A DNA stretch of 64,000 nt, taken from the NCBI GenBank assembly GCA_002633005.1, contig NMRA01000648.1, forward strand, positions 16,467-80,466, given 5' to 3'. The stretch comes from Phoronis australis (Eukaryota; Animalia; Phoronida). Numbering within the stretch: position 1 is the stretch's first letter; each line of letters opens with the position of its first letter. Below the pieces are notes generated by a model. That model was not told the origin of the DNA. It saw only the letters and a list, made by a program, of their open reading frames with translations, and made no database searches. Below are positions 36,657 to 49,792 of the stretch, piece by piece. The translations under genes and the position numbers were made by a program.

Positions 36657-39600
36657 TGGTGTCAAATGTGGTGTAGATTATCTTGCGTTTATACTTTCTG
36701 TTGTCTTACTTACCTAACAACACCAGAATAATGACCCGAAGTTTGTAATCCTTAACCATATGTCCCGTCCACCTGACTTGTCTGTTCACTCACACCCGAT
36801 GAGTTAGTGGATGTTTTTCATCAAATGTATTGTAAACATTTTATCATTAATAGCTTAATGTCCAAAGATGAAACGTTTCAAGAAGCTGACGTTTCTTAAC
36901 GCTACTGGTCCCATGGTGGTGAGACTCTATAATGGGATAGATTTTGGCCTCAGTGAAGACAGTGCAAACCTTGAGACTCTTATCGCCAAGTTCAAACAAC
37001 ACATTGTTGACTATGTAGACATAGCATGTCACAGAAATCTGTTCAAATCTCAAGCACAACCTGAAGGGGAATCATTTTATGTATTTTTCAAGGCACTTTA
37101 GGACCTTGGCAAGACATGTGACTTTTGTGACTGTCTGCTTGAGAATTTTGCCTCATGTCCGCATTGTGCTTGTTATCAGCGACATTCTTGCTGCAAACAG
37201 TTATGGCAGTTCCGTGATCTCACTGTAGACCCCTGATGTGCTGCTGAAGATATTACGACCCAGGTACATCAGATTGGTTGCCATGATTTCGAACCAGACT
37301 CAGTGAAAAATGTGGCTACGACTTTTAAAGCCCACCTTCTGCGCACAATTCACTGCCTCTTCAGTGATGGTACCCACGGAAGAAGAAGTCTATCCAGCCT
37401 GACGTAACATTTCTCCCTCCCGACCAGTTTGCAGTTTGCTGAAAAACCCTACCCAAAAACGTGTTCATTGGGCCAGTGATGATCCTGATGTCGAGATTGT
37501 TTGTCTGTTCAAGCATGAATCCATCCACGAGACTTGTAATGTCATTTCGATTAATGACAGCTCTCAGGAAGGCCTAGTCCTTAATGCAAGCTTGTTACCC
37601 GGTGGGAGCCCCATCACAATTTATGTGGATCCTGTTACTACTGTCAATTGCCTAGGAATGTTGAAGAACTCCCCAACAACCCTGGCCTTGACCACTAAAC
37701 TCCCAAGTGTGGAACAAGCAGTCCACCCCCAGGGTAGGAACAGTGGGCCTGCCAGCACAGTGTACTCTCATGGCGCCATTTGTGACTGTGTGGCCTTGAC
37801 CGTTCTCTCAAATTTTTGTTGGGCAGTACGTTTCAGTATTGATCAAACTGTATAACTTGTAAATTGTCCTCCAAAATGTATTCTTGCTGCCCTATTGCCC
37901 AAGGTCAAATCGGAACTTGATCGCTTAGTAAGCCTTGGTATTCTCGTCCAAAAAAGAACCCACTAACTGGTACAGGCAAATGTCTGTTAAAACGAAGCTC
38001 GGTTTAATTGCTGGGACCCTCGACCACTCAACAAGGCTCTCTGGTTCAATAATGGGCGACATTCTTCACAAAAGTTGTTCAAGTCAAAGTTCTGTCCCGG
38101 TTGGACCTGACGTCGGGCTACGGTCATTGCGGCGAACTAGCCAAAGTGTCGAGCATATTCTCTGCCATTGTTACTCGGTCGTTTTCGATGAACCCGCCTT
38201 GTTGGCTGTATCCAGTAACAGCATTCGAAAAAGATTTCTGCAACTTCAACAGGGCCTTGCTGGAATTTTCTATGTTGCAAATGATCTGTTGACTGGGCGC
38301 GACAACCTAGATCATGACAACAATCTGAAAAAACTGTACTTTGCTTGCTGCTGAACGGATTCTGTCATTCAATCTTCTCAAGTGCAAGTTCCGAGTATTG
38401 GAACTCCCTGATCTCAATTATGTAGAAGCCATTTTACGCATGGCTTGGCCACGTGACCAGCAAAGAGTCCAGCATCTTCACAGTGGGATGCCTAGCTCAG
38501 TTCGCACCTCGTTTACCCCATTCTTCGATTAGTGGTGGCAGTCTTGGGATGGACAGAGGAGTGCGCGAAAGCTTTCACCGAGATCAAATCCTTTGTGTTC
38601 TCTTCACCTGTGCTTGTGTATAATGACCCTTACTAAGAGCTCTTGGTAGAGGATAATTCCTCTGAAAATGCTCCGATGCTGCTTTGCTACAAAATTGCAG
38701 GTCTATTGCTTATGCGTCAAGAGCTCTGACTCCTGCATAGGCTAGGTATGCTTTCGTAGAGTGGGAATTACTTGTCTCGGAAATTTTTATCAGTTTGCTT
38801 TCTCCAGAACAGTGCTAGTGTTGCCTGATCACACGCCTTGCATGCGTTGGCGCAGAAAGCAATATGCAAATCCCCTAGGCGATTGCAAGGAATGTTTAAG
38901 AGAATACAGAACTATGATGTTTACTTCCTGTGGCAACTTTGTAAACGCATATTTATATCTGTCATGCTATCATGAGAAAACACTGAGAAACTAACTGGTG
39001 GAGAAGCACTTCCGTATGTTATTTCTGTGACGGGGCTCCAGTGTCTGACGATCGACTTACTGGGCTGTAACTGAACATATAAGCCTGATTCCACGCTTCA
39101 GCAAATTGCTACTGTCATAAGTAATGGATGACCGCAGAACAAAAACGATCTTCCACTGTCGCTGACTTTTCTTCTCGATTCGTGACGGGTTCTCTCTTAG
39201 TGATGGTCGGATTTTCGTGGTATGTGGTCTCAAATGATGAATCTCCTAAATGAACCACATCTCGTAGAGCCCGAGAGTGCCGCGAGTTGTCTCCCTTCAT
39301 GCCACGATTAAGAAGATAAAACCACATTTTGCACGTTCACGTGGTATTTCTTCCCTGACCATGTCAGATAGTACGTCAGCATGGAATTCCGATCTTTCGT
39401 GAACGAGTGCGGCGTTGCTGATCTTATAAGTTTACTAAACAATCCCAATGAAACGGAAAGGTCGAGTCAAAGACTTTACTTCGCAAGCGTGAGAGATCAC
39501 AGAGGAACCCTTATTTGAATATTCTGGAGTCGCGTATTAGTCCGCATCAAGTAGTTGGTAGTGGCCGAGCTCAGCTATTACTCGGTCATCTCACATGCCC

Positions 39601-39830
39601 CCTGGTACCTGTCACAACCAAATTGTTACCCCCACGTGACGAGATGTGACGTGTTTTAGAACGACAGTGGAATAATGAGAGAGCTGGCCCGTTTACAACC
39701 TCAACGTGTCAAAGGTCACTCTTGTCTTCCGGAAGGCGACACTGTGCGTGCTCAACCAAGTGACGTAAGCAAGCCGGAGAGGGAGAAAGTAGTTGTTACA
39801 AAGTAGCTGGGTGACAAATCTTACGAAGTA
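36657..39830 (+). mobile_element. Decayed Ty3/Gypsy LTR retrotransposon internal region (gag-pol relics)
   Basis: PBS-like TGGTGTCAAATGTGG at 36657 after CA; Gag-like FLNATG..LETLIAKFKQH..RNLFKSQAQPEGESF..*DLGKTCDF; RT-like PKVKSELDRL, YVANDLL; RNase H-like PVLVYNDP, IAYASRALT; integrase-like RAREC, NGKVES. Many stops and frameshifts; no 3' LTR recognised. Confidence 0.8.
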
Positions 39831-41286
39831 GAAACTCCTAACAGATTCTACAGTAGAGTGCTCCTCTACAAGCCCTTCGAACCTCCACCAACTGTATCTG
39901 GTGATACATCTTCTGAAGTATAATTCAGCGATGCTGGAACTTGTTTTGCCTCCACAGCACATTTCGTGATAAACGATCTCCAATATGTACTTTCACTGAA
40001 TTAAAATCTACAGTTTTCAAGATATTTTGCGGAATGCAAACTTGTCGTTTAGGTTCTGCATAACATAAAATCGCACACAATGTATATTTTGTTTATTATA
40101 TGTATTGTGGGCAAACCGTCAAGTAACAATGAATAGAGAGGTCTCACAAAGCGACGTGAACGTGAATTATCACGTATACTTAATTGTACCCGCCGATTCA
40201 CATTACAGTAACACAAATTGGTTTCGCAACATACATGAACATGAAAGCACACGTGAACTGGATAACTGAGCTCAGGATATCCAGTTATCGCAGTACATAA
40301 TATAATTTTATATTTCGATAACTGAACATCCTGATATTATCCGCTACAGATATGCAAGATAGAAATATATGTTGAATATGAAAAACGTCGTTTCTACGAA
40401 CTCCTGCGAAAAATAATCAATTCTTAGAATGCGAAATTTATTTGCAGTTTAAAATAAATAGATGCAAATAAATTAATCATGTAAAAAGTTTGACAACACA
40501 AAATCATATCTGTTCAAAATCCATTCCAGTTCGATGATGTCAAACGAACCCTTACATAATAAGGATTTTGGAAAAAGTGATTTCTTGCAACTAAATTTTA
40601 AGAACATATATTGACAAAATAATCGTGTTCATTTTATACTGAAGCAAAGAAAGGTTGAGAACCCTATCAAAATAAAAAATCTTTTCGACGTCTTGCCAAA
40701 TAAGAATTGAAAAGGGGTCAAAGGTTTCGCGTTTTAAGCGACGCTAATCTCTGTATTCGCGTAAAATACTCAAACACTGTCGGGATACGTCACAGCCAAT
40801 AATGGCATGTATGACGCGGTATTATAAATGTGACTGTGTCCCTTTGCAAAACCTCTATTTAAAGAGTCCGCAGTTACGTTTGACGTTGTCATAAATAACA
40901 TTTTAATGTCAAAATACACATGTTTGTTTTGTTTATCGAAATTTTATAACTGAGGCACTCCATTCTAAGTATTTTTCAAGACAAATTATAAGTTTTACAA
41001 ACCAAATGAGTTCCACAATTCTCTACTCCTCTGCCCCACACTTAAGCCTTTTTGACGGCGCTTTCCTATAATTCGGTGATTGGCTTATTCTATAGAAACG
41101 AGTGAATGACACTGGGCACTGTATTAATCGCTTGTCTTCCACGGAAGATAAGTTATGCAATGGACGTGACATTGGTTTGACAACATAACATTAAACTTTG
41201 ATATCAATGTCAATTGTTGATACTGTCAAACCTTTGTCTTACAATGACACCATGACGTCTAATTGGTGTAGTCATGATTCCTGAGG

Positions 41287-41293
41287 TATAAAA
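41287..41293 (+). promoter_or_regulatory. TATA box upstream of the PAN/fibrinogen-domain gene
   Basis: TATAAAA about 60 nt upstream of ATG 41348. Confidence 0.5.
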
Positions 41294-41347
41294 GTACAAG
41301 CATCACGATGAGCACATGAAAACAGTTGCTAGTGCTCAAAATCGAAT

Positions 41348-41681
41348 ATGCACTCCATACAATGGAAGCTTCGAGTTATTTTGATTTCTTTGGTAGGAGA
41401 ACTCTTCCACTTTCAACAAACTTCTGGCGTGGGACGTCATTATGTTTTGCACGCTTCGTCAAAAACTGTTCGACATTGTTTTGCGAAATTTAAAACGAAA
41501 GTTCGGACAGTATGCATAGGACAATGCTCAGTGTCGGGGCAGTTTGAGGACAACCAGGAATGCCATTTCGCAAGTTACAGAGCAGCAGATTCCTTATGTG
41601 AATTATGCGGGTCGCAAGGAGTCGTGCAGCAACAGTTAGGATGGGAAACTTGGGAACGCCTTCCTGAGAAGAAACTTTCAG
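41348..41681 (+). CDS. Putative first exon: signal-peptide-like N-terminus plus PAN/apple-like domain (probably 5' part of the fibrinogen-domain gene)
   Basis: MHSIQWKLRVILISLVG..., then cysteine pattern CIGQC..CHFASY..SLCELC typical of PAN/apple; candidate donor CAG/GT at 41682; TATA upstream. Link to the downstream exons is inferred. Confidence 0.55.
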
Positions 41682-41698
41682 GTTTTTATGAAATGTTG

Positions 41699-42082
41699 TA
41701 CCGTATTGCCTGGAATATAAGACTATGGCCTTATAGTAGAGTACGTCCTTATACTTAAATGTAAGGCTATCGCCTTATAGCATGGGTCAGTGCATTTGCA
41801 AGAGCTCCGTACCCAGACAGAGAGTGTTCTGTGTTCGCCATTTTGGAATTCACTACACGTGTTGTCTTGCTTTTTAGTTTTTTATTTTATATTATTTATT
41901 CAATATTTGTAGAAAATGCTGACTGAACATTTTAATCATGACTGGTTGGCAAAAACAAAAATGGCCTTATATCCGAAATATAAGGTAGGGTCTTATAGTA
42001 TGTGTCATTTGCATTTTAAGTGTTCTGAGAAAACGAATTATTTGGACTCTAAGGCCATGAATTTATATTCCACGTAATACGT
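41699..42082. mobile_element. Tc1/mariner (Tc2/pogo-like) MITE
   Basis: TACCGTATTGCCTGGAATATAAGACTATGGCCTTATAGT vs right-end reverse complement AACGTATTACGTGGAATATAAATTCATGGCCTTAGAGT; internal CCTTATA repeats. Confidence 0.6.
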
Positions 42083-44267
42083 TGGGCTTATATTTTTTGT
42101 AATCTTTCTTCTAGTCGGACGTAACGCGTAAATTTAGATAACTTGCTTGCGAATTACATTGATTTCTTTTGCAGATCTTTATCATTTTGGTCGCAACTGT
42201 CACTAAAATCAAAATTCAACAATTTGTGTAGACCTTCGAAGCTCAAAATGTCGTAATTTTTCGTTGCAAAAATTTGTGGTGTGCGGAGGTGCACGTACTG
42301 AACTGACAACAAAGGACCGCATTCCTTGAAGCGGCTCTAAACCCCGCCTGCTGTCACATAAAATTTTTGATTTAGACCCACTTACCATTTTGGTTTAAAA
42401 TCGCTTCTTAGTCAAATGGTTGTTATTTCTAACCTTGAAAAGAACCAACAGTTCATTAGATCATTGCGTGAGAACAAGCTATACAATTTGAATTGTCACG
42501 CCGTGTCATTTTACTCACTAAGCTTGGTATTGAGCTTTAACGAAGTACTTGTTGTTTGTAAGATCAAAGATCACTTCCCATCTGAATTAGAAGCAAGCTG
42601 AGTTCAATTTCATAACTTCATGTAGTCTACATGTAAATAGAAAATTAATTTCGACGAAACGCAAGGTTATTAGCGCTTTAAATAACTCTTTCCGCTAATG
42701 AACGCCTCAAAAAGTTGAGAGTAATCCCTGTTGTTGTTCCTAGTCTAAGGAACTGAAACATTCATGTATGCCTCGCAAATTGACAAACATCTTACCACAT
42801 TTGCCTCAGGAATTAAAGTGTTGACCTTTGAAAGTTGGTCGCAAATAACAGAATTCAAGAATTGGTAATTTTCACGGAGTTCCCGCTCTGTTTGTAGAAC
42901 GCTATTGTTTATTATACCTTAACAATTACGTTTCATAACATTAAGTGGCAATTTAATTTAATAATTAATTCTAAACTATAAGTATAAACATTGACATTGA
43001 TTAATGAGAGTAGTATGACACACAGTGACATAACGTTTTCATGGCATACTGGCGGCGTTTTGTTTGGAGTGGCGCGCGTCCGCAGGGAGGGGGTCCAGCT
43101 CTGGGATCGTTGTCATGAAAGTTCAAGCCAATTGAAACAAATTTTTAAATCTCGGACGTGTTAATATTTGGACTAGTTACACCTGCGATTTCAGACCTTC
43201 GGACTAGTGAACCTTTGCATTGTCGGCCTAGACCCATGTCAACTTGGTGTCATGAATTGTTAACATTTATTATTTATAGAAAACCCCGGACTACATAATA
43301 ATCATTTATTAATTCTAATTTAGGTATAATCCTCATATTCTGAATTGAGTGGAGAAATTTTCACGTTATCTCTTGTAACGTCACAATGAGACAACGGTGA
43401 GATTGTCACATGATATGGATACCGCCTTTACAGGTTCTCTCCATCGCTAGGGGCATCTAGAAAGCCCTCTACGGTACTACGTCTTCTGTGTCACAAGATG
43501 AGAGTGCTCGAGTCGGTTCCGGGTTGAGTTTAAATCTGCATTGTTCGATTGCGTGTGAATGAGTCGAAAAGCATTCATTTGAGCACAGCCTAGCAGGATA
43601 CGCCTGAGTTCTTATTCTTCATACCCGTTGCCGACCTTCCAATGAGGGGAATTGTTTTTTTTTTCACACATCGCACATATCTAGAAGGTTCTCACTCATC
43701 CTGTCTGATTCCTGTCCGTTCACCTTGTGACGCATAATTTTGTTGTGTTCTGTTTTTGTAGAGTCGATTTCGTAACAACACCGCGTAAATAAAACCGTTT
43801 TAAACATAAACGATTAATATTTGAATTATTTTTGATATGCGTTTGTCTTATTAGCATACTCTAGATTCGATTCACTTGGTTCACAAATGGTGAATAGTTT
43901 TGCGACTACTGACAACCACTAAAACAAAAATGTGAGGACCGGCTCCCTCGACCACCCTCCCCTTGTACGCCGCCCAGGTAACGTGTGCCAAAAAAAGTGT
44001 TTTCCAAATTTTACAATATAAACTCTTTTTTTTTATTGCAACATTCGTTTCCTATTTTCAGGGTAGTGTTTTTTAATGAAGCGTCTGACGTTCGTGACAA
44101 CAACCATTATAAGTTTTGTGCTACTAAATGTCTGACCTAACTAACGCTGTAGTTACGGCTATTTCCCAGAATTCATTGAGAGGTGTGATGTGTTTTTTCT
44201 AGTAATTGCTGACGCTGAATTAGAGCGATCATAACAGAACCGTAGTTCATCAATGCACCAAACTGTG

Positions 44268-44669
44268 CAGTGGTGGATTTAGGGGGGGGGGGGGGGGNNN
44301 NNNNNNNNNNNNNNNNNNNNNNNNNNNNNNNNNNNNNNNNNNNNNNNNNNNNNNNNNNNNNNNNNNNNNNNNNNNNNNNNNNNNNNNNNNNNNNNNNNNN
44401 NNNNNNNNNNNNNNNNNNNNNNNNNNNNNNNNNNNNNNNNNNNNNNNNNNNNNNNNNNNNNNNNNNNNNNNNNNNNNNNNNNNNNNNNNNNNNNNNNNNN
44501 NNNNNNNNNNNNNNNNNNNNNNNNNNNNNNNNNNNNNNNNNNNNNNNNNNNNNNNNNNNNNNNNNNNNNNNNNNNNNNNNNNNNNNNNNNNNNNNNNNNN
44601 NNNNNNNNNNNNNNNNNNNNNNNCTGCCCTGCCCCCCCCCCCCCAACTCAAATCTGGATCCACCCCTGG
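44268..44669. mobile_element. Short G/C-run MITE spanning an assembly gap (N 44298-44623)
   Basis: CAGTGGTGGATTTAGGGGG... / ...CCCCAACTCAAATCTGGATCCACCCCTG imperfect TIRs; relative at 58101-58243. Confidence 0.6.
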
Positions 44670-44940
44670 CCTGTACTTTTCTATTCAACAAAAGTGATAA
44701 GGGTGTTAGTCGTGGATATACTGTTGCTAACCTTCCATCGGCAGTTGCGCAAACTTGTTGTTAAAGTTAATCAGTTTTCTCATTGATGTAGTATCCTGTT
44801 CAAGACGTCTTTACTGGGGAATTTAAGATGCCATAAGGGGGCCCAATCATAAAGTTTATTAGTCTACTCTCAACGCAAGAACCAATAATAGTTTTGTAAA
44901 AACGAGCAAGTTTCTCGCCTAACAGAACTGTCTCCAACAG

Positions 44941-47900
44941 GTGTTCCAGAGACGACAAGATGGTTCTCAGGATTTTTACCTATCCTGGTCCGATTACAAG
45001 AAAGGTTTTGGATCACTTAATGGAGAATTTTGGCTAGGTAAGCAGTTTTTACGTTGAAGTGTGAAACAAAACGAACTCTTGTGGCCTAGTCGATCCCAGA
45101 TAGGAAAGAATATATAGTGATCATTTTTATTTATTGAGCGGGTTATGAAGTACCAATCATTCACGAGGCGCGTTGGGGTACAAATCAGACACGTGTTTAA
45201 CAAAATACGCTACATAAAACGATGAGTTTGATTGACTGACAACGATTTTGTTGCTGCCAACTGCACCCCTGCGCCCCCTGTCCAACCATTGTGTAACAGA
45301 CATGCTCACTGCGCCATTACACTGACAAACAAGGCCAACTTTACAATTTTCGTTTTTGCTTGCCACTGTTGAAGCACAACTGGCGAGTCATTTTGAAACC
45401 TGTAGAATGTTGTTCCATTTTCGCGACGTTCATATCCACGACAGCACACCATCACACTTGCGAAGAAACGGATTGACATGACCATGTGACGTCAGTATGG
45501 GTAACTTATGGTGGGCCGTTGAGGGGAAAGCGTCGCCGTAAAATTACGCTCGTAATTACGAGCGTAAATTAAATTGCAGGAGTGTCGCCGTACAATTACG
45601 CTCGTAAATTAAATGAGGAAAAGTTTCGCCTTAAAATTACGAGCGTAAATTAAATTGCAAAAGTGTTGCAGTAAAATTACGCCCGTAAATTAAATGGGGA
45701 AATATCGTCGTAAATTACGCTCGTAAAATACCTTAAGAACGTTCCAAATTTTTTATCCAATCAGTGTTGACCTAACATACACGACTCAGTGTTGCTGGGC
45801 AGCTCGTTCTTGCACAATCGCTGACATTGCAGCAGCGATTTGATCCGCCATGATTCAGCGCTCGTATTGTAGACATGTAACCCGTCAGTAAATAAGTATT
45901 TCCATGAGCACGCGCGACAGTGGATTGTAAAACCCAACGTCATTGGCTAAGAGTTTAAACTAAATTACGAGCGTAATTTTACGCCGTAAAGAATTAAATT
46001 ACGCTCGTAATTTTACGGCGTAATTAACGGCGTAAATAACGGCGTAATGTACATAATTACGCTCGTACATGTATTTTTCCGGCGACACTTTGCCCCCAAC
46101 GGCCCATCATAGTAACTGACCTACATGTACACTATGCTTGGACATTTGTTGACAACAGTGCCGTGTGTGATGGCTGACAGATGGTAAGAAGGAATCTTGA
46201 CATCACACTGTAATCATTTCCAAGCAAAATATTGGTAGAGCACCCCCTTGAGGGTTACACTAATTTCTCGAAAATTCTCAGCTTTTCTCTTGCAACCAGT
46301 GAGGGTAAACAAAGCTGACAACTGAAAAAATGTCAGCGATTTCCTTTGTTCAGTCTGAGAAATCAAGCATATGCTATTCGTAGCATTCAAACGCAGTACA
46401 AATCACAAAAGACCCACCCATCCAAGCGCTTGATAATTTCTAATGAAGGGTGAGGCAAATTGAAACGTGGATCAAAATCTGTTGAGTTCCACCATACTAG
46501 GTGCTCAAACCATTCTGAGACAAAACAAAGGGTTATGCCAATTCTAGAAAATCTGGGCATTTGATGGAGAAATGTTTGGCAGGCACAGACAGGTTCCCCG
46601 TTAGCCATGCAGCTCGCTGTGTCTGACTGAATGTCAAAACAGAGCTAGGAATTTTCTAAAATGTTGGCGAAATACACGAGCCTACGGCTTAAAGTCGGAT
46701 ATGCGCATGTGCGTGGCAGATGACAGTGTATATAAATCAAGTCTATTTTTATATTGTGTGTATTATTTTTATATCATTTTGAAAAACAAACGTGGCCATG
46801 GGACCATTGATCCAGAGGTCCTCAAATGTATGTGCCAATTTGGATGACCTATTGGTTGCGTTCGTATTTTTGTGTTCTTTTTCGATTCGACTTTTGGGAG
46901 ACGGCATTTTAACGTGTTTATTACTTGGTGTATTTGCGGCACTTTCATCACCGAACTTACATCAAAATCTAACACCCCAGACCATGAGTATACTTAAAGT
47001 TTGTACATGTAAATCCAAAAATCAACTGACACCTAACTCGTCCGTTATGGTCGTTTAAAAGAAACACAAAAGTCAATCTTATGAACGTGATTTACTTGTA
47101 GCATCACTCCCAAGCTTTTGTATTAAAGAAAAGTCTTGTGGTTCGGTTATATGATTAGTTCCGTGAGTAAGATATTGTCTTCTTCTTTCTCCCAGGAAAC
47201 GACAATATTCACTCCATCACTAATCGTCCTGGTACATCCTACGAACTACGCATTGACTTGGAGGATTTTGAAAACGCAACAGTCTTTGCTAAATACTCTC
47301 GATTTTCTGTTGGCAGCGAGGTGGATAAGTATAGACTGACGGTGGTGAACTTTAATTTGGAGAGTACTGGCGGTGAGTTGATAGAAAAATTTGAAAAAAA
47401 TACTTTTGAGCTTTCCCTTAAAACACAGTCCCATAAATGGAAGGATTAAATGAATTAATAGACGGATAAAAATATTTATTGGGTTTTCATGTTTAAGTCT
47501 ACATTTTTTCGAAATTACACCTCTTCTAGATTGTCAAAAGATTGCGATGCAACACTGTTGCTCGTCACCATTTTGATATGCGCAAAGATTGCTGGGAAAT
47601 TTTTGTTGTTATAGTGAGATTCTCAGCTACACGCTTGTGCATGGGCGCGATAATCAGAGTGAACAAATGGACAAGTATATTCAAATACAGTTTGTCATTT
47701 TGATAATCACTTGCAAAATTGGTCTCGTAAAAATCATACCAAGGTAATGAAATGTCAATAATAAGACATTAAATAATTTGTTAATACTTTGCGGTATAGA
47801 AGAAAGTTTAACGCGCTCCGCCACAATCCGAAGATCGTTTCTAAAATGGGCATAACATATCTTGGTGAAATTGTCCGAGTTTATCTCACTATTCATTCTC

Positions 47901-49792
47901 CAGACATTGTCAGCGGATCTTTTTTGTTTTCAAATCATTTAGTTTCCAATTTTAATTTGAACCAACCCCTGTTTGGATTTTCGGAAAATTTCGAAAGATT
48001 GCCACGAGCGAGTGTTTTTTTAAACGCTGATGGAAGTAAGGGCGTTCTTTATGATGCAAGTTGCTTTTTGAATGTTAGGCGAAAGTGCACGTCATATGCT
48101 TCATGTTCCATTAACTGTGAAAACATGTTTTGTCACTCCATCAGCAAATGGCATGAACAATGACATATTTGAACGAACAGCGTCTTTGTCGTCGCAAAAG
48201 TTACAATTCAAAATAAAAGTTAAAATTATTTTACCAAATTTTCCAAGTTATATTTATATAATTTTACATAATAAATCACAAGCGGTAAGTATTGATGATT
48301 CCTTGGTACAGTCACTTCAGACAGCTTGTAAATATAAAAACAAGTGGTCATCTGTGATAGGTATAAACGGTGTTATAAATAATGTAAATTTTAGTGACTG
48401 ATACATGGTGGAGAAAAGTAAATAAACTCCACTTCAATTGTACAAAAGATACAAAATTGCGTTGGTTTCAATACCGCTTAATTCACAGAATATTACCAAC
48501 TAATAATTATTTATATAAAATTAAAATAAAAACAAGTCATCTATGCTCTTTCTGTGGAGAACACAGTGAAACTGTCTCCAACTCTTTTGGGAATGTCGTC
48601 TTGTTTCCGGTTTCTGGCTCCTGTTTGTTGCGTGGTTGAAACAAACATATCATGTAAATTTTCATGTGGACAAGATAGCAGTGTTTTTTGGGTTTTTTTG
48701 GAAACATTCAGTCGGAAAAATGTAATATTAATCTGTTGATCATGTTAGCAAAAAATTACATATTTACCCAAACGTTTGTTAAAAAAACCCTTAATTTCCA
48801 ATTGTTCATTAACTTTATTAAATTACATCCTGAAGAAAATACGGTACTTGTTGACTAACGATTTAATGTTATTCTTTGTAAACGATGTATACTGTATTGT
48901 TTTTATGTGACATGTAATTATCATGCTGGAGCAAAAAAAAATTATTGGGTAAATATGCACGATTGAGTTTAACGTCTTACATCATACGCCGATTTTTCTT
49001 AAAAGTCACTAAAACTTTCTAAAGTCAGTTCATGAAAATTTCTTTTTTTGAATGATTGCTCTTTCGGAGACAAGATGAAATTTAAAAAAACTTGCTATTA
49101 GTCTTAATTGAGCAATAATTTAGGGCATTCTGCGGAACGCTCTTTAAGGAGGCAATTTTTGGAAATTCCCAATACATGTGAACCTAAGCCTTCCTTTTTC
49201 AAAGCCTTGAAGAGTGACTTCCAGGCTGGGCCACACAAAAATTCGACTGTTCCAACGACTCCGTGCTTGATCAATTTTTTTTTAATGCAAACTCACAAGA
49301 TAATTTTGAATTGAGCAATTTACTCTTATTGTGCTCTTTCTATCAATCAGTCTCGTATTGCTGGTCATCCACTTCGATCTTCCACAAGTTTGCGAGATGG
49401 CTTTAGAAAAACACGTTTTTCATGTCCGGCATTCCATTGGGAATATATTCAAAAGCACACCTCCGAGTTCTGGCCGTGAGTCTAATGTAACTTTCTCTTC
49501 AGGTGAGGCCATGCTTTTCCACAACAATTGCAATTTCACTACCAAGGACGCTGATAACGACTTGGAGGCCAACGGAAACTGCGCAGTGGATTCCGAAGGC
49601 GCCTGGTGGTACAACAATTGTCACAGATCTAACTTGAACGGTCGATATTTTATTGGGTGGCAAGGTGGTTTTGGTACTGGCGTCAACTGGGAAGGTTTCA
49701 GGGGAAGGCGGTACTCTCTAAAAAGTAGCGAGATGAAAATAAGACCTGTTCCATTGTTGCTGGAAGAATGGGGTCCCTTGCCTTCTATGTAA
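44941..49792 (+). CDS. Fibrinogen C-terminal domain (FReD; ficolin/tenascin-like) protein, last three exons
   Basis: Exons 44941-45037 ([33 protein letters not shown]), 47196-47372 ([37 protein letters not shown]), 49503-49792 ([46 protein letters not shown]); phases compatible. Confidence 0.92.
45507..46111. mobile_element. MITE with ~32-bp TIRs, subterminal AATTACGCTCGTAA arrays and 6-bp TSD GTAACT
   Basis: Left TATGGTGGGCCGTTGAGGGGAAAGCGTCGCCG; right reverse complement TATGATGGGCCGTTGGGGGCAAAGTGTCGCCG; GTAACT at 45501-45506 and 46112-46117. Confidence 0.82.
47560..48942 (+). mobile_element. Decayed L1/Tx1-clade LINE 3' fragment (C-terminal zf-RVT region)
   Basis: [49 protein letters not shown] motif; frameshifts; A-run near 48933-48942; 5' boundary approximate. 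Confidence 0.75.

Noticed and set aside
44173-44764. Long ORFs in the ORF track
   Set aside because: Artefacts of the N gap at 44298-44623.
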